A stretch of 64,000 nt of DNA, taken from assembly GCA_963921275.4 (NCBI GenBank), contig OZ001293.3, positions 4,672,001-4,736,000 of the forward strand. Reading direction: 5' to 3'. This document shows positions 55,841 through 64,000 of this stretch, piece after piece (position 1 is the stretch's first letter; every line of letters begins with the position of its first letter). The position numbers were made by a program, and so were the translations under genes. The stretch is from an uncultured Hormoscilla sp. (GTDB lineage: Bacteria > Cyanobacteriota > Cyanobacteriia > Cyanobacteriales > Desertifilaceae). Under the pieces are notes generated by a model that worked only from the letters and a program-made list of their open reading frames with translations, was not told where the DNA came from and made no database searches.

Positions 55841-56852
55841 ACTCAAGTTGCGACCTATAAAAATTGGATACAAAAAGCTATGATAAAGAGAATTATTTTC
55901 AACTCTAATCCCTTAGATGTAACAGCATGAATTGACTTGGGAAACAAATTGGTGATTCGACTAAAACAGGTTTCAACTTGTTTTCTTGTTACTTTTTGTA
56001 TATATTCAAAACAAGAAGATTCTTTTCTTTTTGAGTTCTTTTTTCGCAAAGGTTTTAACATTATACTTGACGACTCTTTTAGTAAATCCTCTAATTGATA
56101 ATCATTATAAGCTTTATCTCCATAAACTATTGAATTTGATGGTAAGTCAAAGCCAAAAGATTGCAAAACTTTAAAATCATTATAACTACCAGGATCTAGA
56201 TAAAATTCTATTAGCTTTCCATTTTTGTTTACCAACATATGAACTCTTAATCCATAAAAATAACGTTTTTTACTGGCAATATACCCTCGATATTCTTCCT
56301 TGTTATAAATTTGGCATCTATCAATCCTAATATTATCACATACTGGCACCGGGAAACTATCAAGAATATATTCTTGACCCGGATTGAGCTCTTTAAATGT
56401 TTGAGCTATAACTTGGAAGAAAAACATCCAAATTGGTTCGTCAATATTGTGTAATCGACGATTGAACCTACTTTTACTTAACATATTTTTTATATACTTG
56501 TGTTCGACCATAAATTGACAAGAGCGATCGTGGTGTCCTCCGAAAAAATATGCAGCAACTAATCCGACTGTCATCACTTCGGCATTGTTCATTTTTACTT
56601 GTGGATCTTCTTTTATATTTAACGCTTTTAGTAGCTCGTCACAAAGAACAAAAATTGTTGTAATCATATCTTCCATCATCTACATCCCCCAGCAATTAAC
56701 TATTATTTTAGTACATTATAACCTATAAACAGCCAACCCGCCGTATAGCACAAAAAAAATATAATTTTGTATCAAAAGCTACGAAATATCCCAAATATCT
56801 GTAAAGTCTAAGTGGGTAATTCATATTTTTTTTAATAGGTCGCAACTTAGGT
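55841..56852 (-). mobile_element. IS982-family insertion sequence, copy 2 (1012 bp)
   Basis: Same TIRs as copy 1; 6-bp TSD TAACTA. Confidence 0.92.
55855..56679 (-). CDS. IS982-family DDE transposase
   Basis: 274 aa; differs from copy 1 at about 6 residues. Confidence 0.9.
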   Translation of the reverse strand: MMEDMITTIFVLCDELLKALNIKEDPQVKMNNAEVMTVGLVAAYFFGGHHDRSCQFMVEHKYIKNMLSKSRFNRRLHNIDEPIWMFFFQVIAQTFKELNPGQEYILDSFPVPVCDNIRIDRCQIYNKEEYRGYIASKKRYFYGLRVHMLVNKNGKLIEFYLDPGSYNDFKVLQSFGFDLPSNSIVYGDKAYNDYQLEDLLKESSSIMLKPLRKKNSKRKESSCFEYIQKVTRKQVETCFSRITNLFPKSIHAVTSKGLELKIILFIIAFCIQFL

Positions 56853-56853
56853 T

Positions 56854-56887
56854 AACTACGAACTACGAACTACGAACTACGAACTAC
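56854..56887 (+). repeat. Heptamer tandem repeat (AACTACG), about 5 copies
   Basis: Directly visible next to the IS end. Confidence 0.8.
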
Positions 56888-57158
56888 CCCTGTAAGGTGA
56901 GGGGGTGAGGGGGTGAAGAGGATTCCTAGTTAAAATTCGTAGGCTGGGTTTCCGAACGAAACCCAGCAGTTACCTGTAAAGTTGGGTTGAGCCTAAGCTC
57001 AACCCAACCTACGATGATTATAAATAATTGTTACAAAAAAATCGAGATTTTGCGGAAAATGTAGGGTTAAATCTGAATATACAAGTATAAGGATTAAATC
57101 AGTCGATCCTGGGGTTGGGTGCAGAACCAAAGAAAATTACTACAAGAGCAACCCTGAT

Positions 57159-58973
57159 ATGGCTTGAATTAACGGTACGCAAAGGGACGATCTGCTCCCG
57201 GGAACGTCGGAGCAGGACGAGATTCGAGGTAGAGCCGGTAACGAATGCGCTGCGCGCACGCTACGCGGACGGCTTTTGGGCGATCGCGGAAATGACGTGC
57301 TCTATGGCAATCGAGGCCGGGATACCTTAACAGGAGGGGATGGGAGTGACATCTTCGTGCTCAGCGGCGGTCGCGATCGGATTACCGACTTTACTGACGG
57401 TCAGGACTTGATAGGATTACCAGGTCGTGTCAGCTTCGATCGGCTACAGATATCTGCTGGCACCGGGGCGAATGCTGGGAACACGATTATCTCCTTGGGA
57501 CGCTTTCAGTTAGCAGTCTTGGAGGGGGTGAGCAGCAGCCAGATCGACGCCGCTGATTTCACAAACGATCTGACACCGATATCGGAACCGACGCCGACAG
57601 TACCGCCATCAAATGGCAATTTTAACATTGAATTCGACTATCGCTTTGACAGCAGCGGATTTTTCAATGACCCCGCCCGCCGGGCGGCATTAGAAGCTGC
57701 TGCTGATATCTGGGAGGGCTTTATCCAAGACGAGTTTCCCAATGTTCCAGCAGGGATTGAATTTACTGTAGAAAATCCTTCTGTGTCAGGCCGGGAAGAA
57801 AGGATTGTCTTGAACTCTGAAATTGACGATTTGCTGATTTTCGTAGGTGTACGTCCATTGCCTGGCAGCACTCTGGGACAAGCTGGACCTGATGGTGTGG
57901 ATGCTGCTGGAACTGTTTTCTCCAACCGCATCAATGGCAGTGATTTTCAGCCTTGGGTGGGAGAGTTGACCTTCGATCCGGATGCGAATTGGTTTTTTGA
58001 CTTCACGCCCAATACAGATGGGGACATTCCTTTCGGGCAAAGCGATTTTATTAGTACGGCTTTGCATGAAATCGGGCATATTTTGGACATTGGTACTGCT
58101 GACATTTTCGAGTAAATCGGTGCAGGGAGGGCTTTTGATGGTCCCAATGCTCTGAATGTGAATGGGGGCCAACCTATTCCTTTGGAACGAGATTTGTCTC
58201 ATATCCAAGAGGGTTTTTTGAATGGTACTGTCTTGCTGGACCCCTCAATCACGAACGGCACCCGCATATTGCCGACTCAGGTTGATTTGGCTTTGTTGGC
58301 GGATATTGGCTATGAAATATCCGACTTTACAGCTCAAGGTGAAACGCCCCCGATCGCATCTTTCGGGGATGACCAGATCATCGCTACAATGTTGGCTGAC
58401 ACGATCGATGGTTTAGGTGGTGGCGACTAAATTCAAGGCGATCGGGGGAACGATCGGCTGAATGGAGGTTCTGGAAACGATCGGCTGTTTGGTCAAGCAG
58501 GTAACGATACCCTGAATGGGGACGCTGGGGATGACCAACTTGTGGGAAATGAGGGTAATGACATTCTCAATGATGGCTCTAATAATGATAACTTCTTCGG
58601 TGGCACGGGTAACGATACCCTGAATGGCGATGCGGGGAATGACTTCCTAAGAGGAGAAGCAGGGGATGATTTGCTCAATGGTGGTGCTGGCGATGATAAC
58701 CTTTTTGGTGATGCGGGCCGGGATAAATTCTTCTTTGGTGCTAACAATGGTGAAGACACTATTACCGACTTTGACATTGCTACTGAAAGGATCCAGATAG
58801 CATCTGGTCTGGGTTTTGCTACGGGTGCAGATGTGCTGGCTACTCTCTCTAGGACTTTCATTAATACTTCTGTCTTCACCCTGAGTCCGGGGAACTCGAT
58901 AGAGGTATTTCATGAGGATGTATCTAACATAAATAATACTCCTCTGACAGCAGCAAATTTCGTTATTGTCTGA
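57159..58973 (+). pseudogene. RTX Ca-binding zinc metalloprotease (HExxH) with several stops and a frameshift
   Basis: ATG GCT TGA at the start, FNIEFDYRFD, HEIGHILDIG, GGxGND nonapeptides; stops at 58113 and 58428. Confidence 0.82.
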
Positions 58974-59501
58974 TCTGTTTCATCCGCTAGCCCGCCGGGG
59001 GTTCAAACCCCCGGCTAATAGCTAAAGTCGGTTTAAAACCGACTAAAAATATTGTCATTTTAGTTTATGAGTAGGGTGGGCACCGCCCACCAGACAGCGG
59101 GTTCCTCTCGTTCCCAGTTTCAAGCTGGGAACGAATTCTAGAGGCAGAGCCTCCAGTTTAACCGAGATAGAGGGAAAATGGACAAATTTCATAAATTATA
59201 CCCTCGTTCCCAGTCAGCCAGTAGAACTTCCAGTAGAGATTGGATATTTTTCTCAAGTCGAAGTGAAACGAGGATCTTTTCAGAAAGCGGTCACAAATAC
59301 AAATAACTGATATTGTCGCGATCGCCCCCAAATTCCACGCAGTTATGTTACCATATTGTCCGATCGGTAAAAGCATTAGGTGTATCTAACTTTACCCGAT
59401 CGCTGGAGGCGATCAGGAATTGGCAGAAAAAGGAATTAAACAGATAAAGATCGTTCTGCTATGATTATAAAATAAATTAAGTGGGATTGCCAGAGTTAAT
59501 G

Positions 59502-59935
59502 GGGTGTGGTCAAAAGTAGTTGATATCCTGGCCAAAAGGATTGCGCTACCGGTGTCTCCTGGGTAGTACGAATAGTGCTCCCAGGAGACGCCGAGCACAC
59601 GGCTACGCCTACGCGATCGACGCTGACAGATTACATCGTAGCGAACGTAATACTAAATTTGCGTGTTACACGTAATCAAGCATAATGCCGGGCGGGAGCC
59701 TTCATGAATGATTACATCGTAGCGAACGTAATACTAAATTGTGTATTACACGTAATCAAGCATAATACCAAGCCGGGCGGGAGCCTTGATGGATGATTAC
59801 ATCGTAGCGAACGTAATACTAAATTGCGTGTTACACGTAATCAAGCATAATACCAAGCCGGGCGGGAGCCGCTTATCAACCAGTGAAATCGTCATAATTT
59901 TACCTTTTCTTTACCAACTGGTTTTGACCACACCC
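59502..59935. mobile_element. 434-bp MITE with GGGTGTGGTCAAAA ends and a perfect 9-bp TSD
   Basis: GGGTGTGGTCAAAAGTAGTTGATA ... TACCAACTGGTTTTGACCACACCC; TSD GAGTTAATG (59493-59501, 59936-59944). Confidence 0.9.
59629..59870 (+). repeat. Three tandem 81-85-nt structured repeats inside the MITE
   Basis: Units start at 59629, 59710 and 59795: GATTACATCGTAGCGAACGTAATACTAAATT...TTACACGTAATCAAGCATAAT...GCCGGGCGGGAGCC. Confidence 0.9.
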
Positions 59936-59949
59936 GAGTTAATGTGATA

Positions 59950-60594
59950 ATGCCAATATATAGCGTATTACCTGATGATAGTGACATAGACCAGCGGCTG
60001 CAAAACTTGAAGAATTCAGGTATGTTAGTTGGCAGCGATGAGAGCATCATCAATAAAAAACTTAATGACTTGGCAAAGGAAGTTAAACAGGGTCAGATCG
60101 GTGCCAAAGGAGAAGTGACATTTTTAGAACGGCAAGTATTTGGCGAAGGTAGACAGGTGTTAATCATTCCCGATCCGATACAGTCAAATGTTAAAATACC
60201 CGATTACGCAGTTTACCAAGATCGGGGTGGGACGCTGGGACGAGAAATTATTGAAGTAAAAACTACAGTGAGGACCACTAATGTTACCTTATGTCGGGGA
60301 TGGGAAAAATGGATTAAGAGTAAAATCAATGAGGGAAATAAACAGCTAAAACGCTCGGGAATTACTTATGGAATACCGGGTTCTTTGGAAATGCAGCTAT
60401 ACGAAAGTGCCAAGAGCGAATTTGCTCAGATACTTCAAGACGATGCTACTACTGTGGAGAGTTGGGTAACTAGAGAATTCCGTCCCAATCAAATGAGGAG
60501 CTTACGGCGAGTAGCTATTTATGGTAATGGAAAACTCCTGCTTGAGTTTACTCGAACTGTTGAAAACCAAATTGTCAGAACATTTCCTGCATAA
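59950..60594 (+). CDS. Putative PD-(D/E)xK nuclease toxin (CdiA-CT/REase-like)
   Basis: GAKGE, PDYAV, IIEVKT, INEGNKQL motif order. Confidence 0.6.
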   Translation: MPIYSVLPDDSDIDQRLQNLKNSGMLVGSDESIINKKLNDLAKEVKQGQIGAKGEVTFLERQVFGEGRQVLIIPDPIQSNVKIPDYAVYQDRGGTLGREIIEVKTTVRTTNVTLCRGWEKWIKSKINEGNKQLKRSGITYGIPGSLEMQLYESAKSEFAQILQDDATTVESWVTREFRPNQMRSLRRVAIYGNGKLLLEFTRTVENQIVRTFPA

Positions 60595-60600
60595 AAAACT

Positions 60601-61287
60601 ATGGTAGAAACAAGAACTTGGCGGCGAGGAAGCGGTCTCATAGATTGGACGTATAATATAGTAGATCACCATCATCAGGTAAAACAGTTGCTTGCCGATC
60701 GGGTAAAGCGTAGAATCTGGATAGCAGATAAAATTGAGCGTCTGCTAGATGCTCTGGGAAATTTCGCGCTGGTTCAGGACGTAACAGTCGATACCTGGAG
60801 TGGTGGAGAAGATAGTTTGGCGATCGCCGAATGGCAAGGAGTGGCGTCACGTTTAAAACTTGTAGACTTTTTGCAAAAAACAGACGAGGTGGTAAACATA
60901 GATTTTACCTTGACATTGCAATGCGCAACCCCGACAACTAATGGCAAGCTAAAAGAATTACAGATTGAGTCTGGTGGGAGTATATTCTTCTTCATTGAAC
61001 TAGAGGATGAGGGCAAATTGGATCTTAATACCGATACTCCAATTTGGTTGACTTTCTCTCTTGATGTTGATATCCATGCACCAATTTCTTGGGGACCAGT
61101 TCGGAATAATACTCAACATGCTCGGCTGAATGGATCGCGCTTATCTGCTTTCCTACACCGTCTGGAACAGGACATCCCAGCAGAATTTATAGGTGTAGAT
61201 GCTCCTGATTATCAAGGGATGGTCGATCGTTATGGATTTTTAACTCACTCAGTGGAGTTAGAAGCACAAACAACTGAGTCCTATTAA
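60601..61287 (+). CDS. Hypothetical protein, candidate immunity protein
   Basis: Acidic 228-aa ORF 6 bp downstream of the putative toxin. Confidence 0.55.
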   Translation: MVETRTWRRGSGLIDWTYNIVDHHHQVKQLLADRVKRRIWIADKIERLLDALGNFALVQDVTVDTWSGGEDSLAIAEWQGVASRLKLVDFLQKTDEVVNIDFTLTLQCATPTTNGKLKELQIESGGSIFFFIELEDEGKLDLNTDTPIWLTFSLDVDIHAPISWGPVRNNTQHARLNGSRLSAFLHRLEQDIPAEFIGVDAPDYQGMVDRYGFLTHSVELEAQTTESY

Positions 61288-61383
61288 GCGATCGCCATCA
61301 TTTGCGATCGCTTTTATTTATGGGTAATGCTAGCTAAAAATAGATGATGTACAAATTACATAAATCATGTTATGATAATCTTA

Positions 61384-62419
61384 CAGCTTGTTCAGGAAAC
61401 AAGTAGAACATTTTTGTGCTAAACTAGAGCTATACTCAATGCAGACCAAATTCAGCTATGGGACGTTACTCTCTGGACCTGAGACAAAAAGTAGTCACTG
61501 CTTATCAATTGGGCAAAGGCTCGATTCGGCAACTCGCCGAGCAGTTTATGCTCAGTCCTGCTACTGTTCATAGTTATATAAAACAAGATCGAGAAACGCA
61601 AGATATAACCCCTAAAAAACCCGGTCCCAAACGTCCGGGCAAGCTAGAAGCCGATCGAGACTTGATCGTGAAGATGGTAAAAGATTACCCAGATTGTCCG
61701 GTGAGGCAGTATCGGGAACATCTCCGGCGGGAGCAGGATGTTTATGTCAGTGTAGGGGGGATGTGTGAGTTCCTAAAAAAAGAAGGCTTAACCCTTAAAA
61801 AAAAACTTACCGGGCAGAAAAGGTAGCAACGGAAGCAGGTCAGCAGCAGCGAGTTGATTACCGAGAGCGGGTTCGAGATGTCCCACAGGGAAAATTGATA
61901 TTTATTGATGAGGCAGCTTTCTGGATAGGGATGAGTCGCGATCTGGCCAGGAGTGAAAAAGGTAAAAAGGCATTCTATTTAAGACCATTTTATCAGGGGA
62001 GTAAAATGACCTTAATCGGAGCAATAAGTCTTGAAGGAGTTGTGGCTAAAAAAGCAATTAAAGGCTCTATGAAAGGTAAGGATTTTAAGGATTTTATTGA
62101 AGATGACCTGGTTCCGAAGCTGAATCCAGGGGATGTGATAGTTATGGATAACCTTAATATCCATAAAATGGAAGGGATCGAAGAACTGATAGTCGCTACG
62201 GGAGCAAGAGTAGAATATTTACCACCCTACTCACCAGACTTCAACCCTATTGAGATGTTGTGGTCAACGGTTAAGTCACTGGTCAGAATGTTCCCAACAC
62301 GAGCAATGGAGGCGCTAGAACAGTTAATTGAACTTGCTCTGATGCTGATTGGAACAAATACGTTTAAGAACTGGTTTACTAAATGCTGTTATTGTACTAA
62401 TTAAATAGCGAACCTGCTG
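61384..62419 (+). mobile_element. IS630-family element; orfA 61458-61826 and orfB to 62404, joined by a -1 frameshift at the A-run near 61797-61805
   Basis: YSLDLRQKV, FIDE, MDNLNIHK, LPPYSPDFNPIE; TA flanks; TIRs CAGCTTGTTC/GAACCTGCTG. Confidence 0.9.
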
Positions 62420-62448
62420 TATCAGAAGATATTTCCTTAAGTCCAGAG

Positions 62449-62680
62449 ATGAAAAAGGTAACTATAATAACAATGAATCCGGAAGTGATGGGCGGAAAAC
62501 CTTGCATCCGGGGGTTACGAGTCACAGTTGGGACTATTGTGGGACTAATAGCATCGAGTCATTCACCAGAAACAATATTGCAAGCATATCCCTATTTAGA
62601 AGAGGCAGATATTTACGAAGCACTTGCCTAGGCAGCGTGGTGATTTTAAGAACAAGAATTTATCCTCCACAGCAACTCAG
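62449..62680 (+). pseudogene. DUF433 antitoxin-like gene with a premature stop
   Basis: NPEVMGGKPCIRGLRVTV...YPYLEEADIYEALA*AAW. Confidence 0.75.
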
Positions 62681-62739
62681 CATAAAAATATTGTGCTAAG
62701 ATATTATTAGAGTACAACCAAGAAATCAAAGAGGATAAA

Positions 62740-63420
62740 TTGAGTTACGACAACACCTGCAAATATCTGGCAGAACAGGATCCGAGAGTCAGACAGTATA
62801 ACTGTGAAGTCAAACAGGCGGTGATTTTCCTCAAAGCTACTACGAGTGAGTTAGTGTTCCAGAATCAGTATGAAGACGAAGATACCATACATCGGTATCA
62901 GGTCATTCGGTTATGGGAAGAAGACCCAGCTATACTGATGGCAGATCCAGGTCTTTTACCACTGGCCACTCTAGCTCGCAGCGATAACTTCAATAGCTTG
63001 TTAGCACAAGTGGCCCAGGAATTTGGTAAAATAGAGTCAACAGCTCAACGCAATGAGATCTCAGCCTGCATTTCAATTTTGGCAGGTCTGCGATTTGAGA
63101 AACAATTGATTAATCAGTTATTCAAAGAGGAAGTCATGCGTGAATCAGTAATCTATCAGGATATTCTGCAAAAAGGTCGGCAAATTGGTCGCGCGGAAGG
63201 TCGCGTTGAAGGCCGCGAGGAAGGTTATTTGGAAGTTATTCACCGCCTGAGCGTGCGCCGATTTGGAGTTTGGACTGAGTGGTTTGAAGATCGCCTGAAA
63301 AAGCTGTCTATCTCTCAGTTAGAAGATTTGGTAGAAGCGCTGTTGGATTTCTCGACGGTGGATGATTTAGCCGCTTGGTTACAGCAAAATGAATCAGGCG
63401 ATATGGGAGTAGCCCCATAG
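62740..63420 (+). pseudogene. Rpn/DUF4351-family protein with an internal deletion
   Basis: MSYDNTCKYLAE joined directly to RQYNCEVKQAVIFL; MRESVIYQDILQKG, LEDLVEALLDF. Confidence 0.7.
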
Positions 63421-63559
63421 CCCCAAACCCGATCGCCCCAGGCGCGATCGGGGTACAATTGTTATTATAGCTCAGTTGCCCGCGCCGGTTCCGTGCATTT
63501 ACAGGTTGATTTGCGCAGTGGTACTATCAACGCAGCCTGTTGCACTACCTATTTCTCCT

Positions 63560-63982
63560 TTATTCGATCGTCCAATCGGAAAGTCTCAGAGCTGGCACCC
63601 GTGCAAAATTCCGTCGGTTGCGCGTAACCAGGATAGCATTTTTAGAAAGTGCTATCGCCGCAATTCGCAAATCTTGCGTGCCAATGCGAATCCTTTGACG
63701 AATCAATTCGGCGTAACAATTGTAAGCCTCCCGATCGAAGTCAAGTAAATTAACGCCATTGAAGAATTCTACTCCAGTCCGCAATCCTATGTAAGCCCAT
63801 AGCAGTCTATCAGGTCGGGAAGATTGCCTGATAGCATTAAGCCATCCACGCATTTGTTCTTCCACTGTGATAACTGTCACACCAATATCTTCACTATTGA
63901 CTGCATTAACGCGCTGTATTACAAGAGGATGTCTATGTTGAAAAAGTGAGACGTGATCCGTATCAAGTATCCAAAAACTCAC
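63560..63982 (-). CDS. PIN-domain (VapC-like) toxin
   Basis: ILDTDHVS, TVEEQMRG, TQDLRIAAIAL, LVTRNRRNF. Confidence 0.88.
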   Translation of the reverse strand: MSFWILDTDHVSLFQHRHPLVIQRVNAVNSEDIGVTVITVEEQMRGWLNAIRQSSRPDRLLWAYIGLRTGVEFFNGVNLLDFDREAYNCYAELIRQRIRIGTQDLRIAAIALSKNAILVTRNRRNFARVPALRLSDWTIE

Positions 63983-64000
63983 ATTTTAGCCTCCGGGAGC

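Noticed and set aside
26482..56852. Inversion between the inverted IS982 copies
   Set aside because: Each copy retains its own matching TSD pair, so no recombination has swapped flanks.
59629..59870. CRISPR mini-array
   Set aside because: Units are about 84 nt and almost wholly conserved; only about 9 variable nt lie between them.

Overview
Chromosomal window from a filamentous cyanobacterium, judged from abundant HIP1 (GCGATCGC), psaF/psaJ, the fraCDE cluster and a Tic22-family gene. Intact housekeeping genes (mobA, msrB, cobO, larE, prmC, tRNA-Pro, uvrA, gmk, tsaD, holB, tmk, clpC) sit among many pseudogenes, especially large secreted Calx-beta/RTX/spondin/nuclease genes, which suggests ongoing genome erosion. 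Mobile DNA is dense: three ORF-less group II introns (two apparently identical 869-nt copies plus a diverged 833-nt relative with a different EBS1), two IS982 copies and a derived MITE, an IS630, an IS5 remnant, and a GGGTGTGGTCAAAA-ended MITE family with varied cargo. Most striking is a family of tiny palindromic elements that nest inside each other (up to four deep) and sit in-frame in essential genes (tmk, holB, uvrA). Candidate conflict modules: a ParA-like ATPase + HEPN pair, an AlbA_2/Schlafen + ParA-like pair, an orphan CRISPR-associated (APE2256-like) cassette between 178-bp direct repeats, and a PD-(D/E)xK toxin-immunity-like pair preceded by three structured 81-85-nt repeats. All family calls come from recognising motifs by eye; no database search was run.
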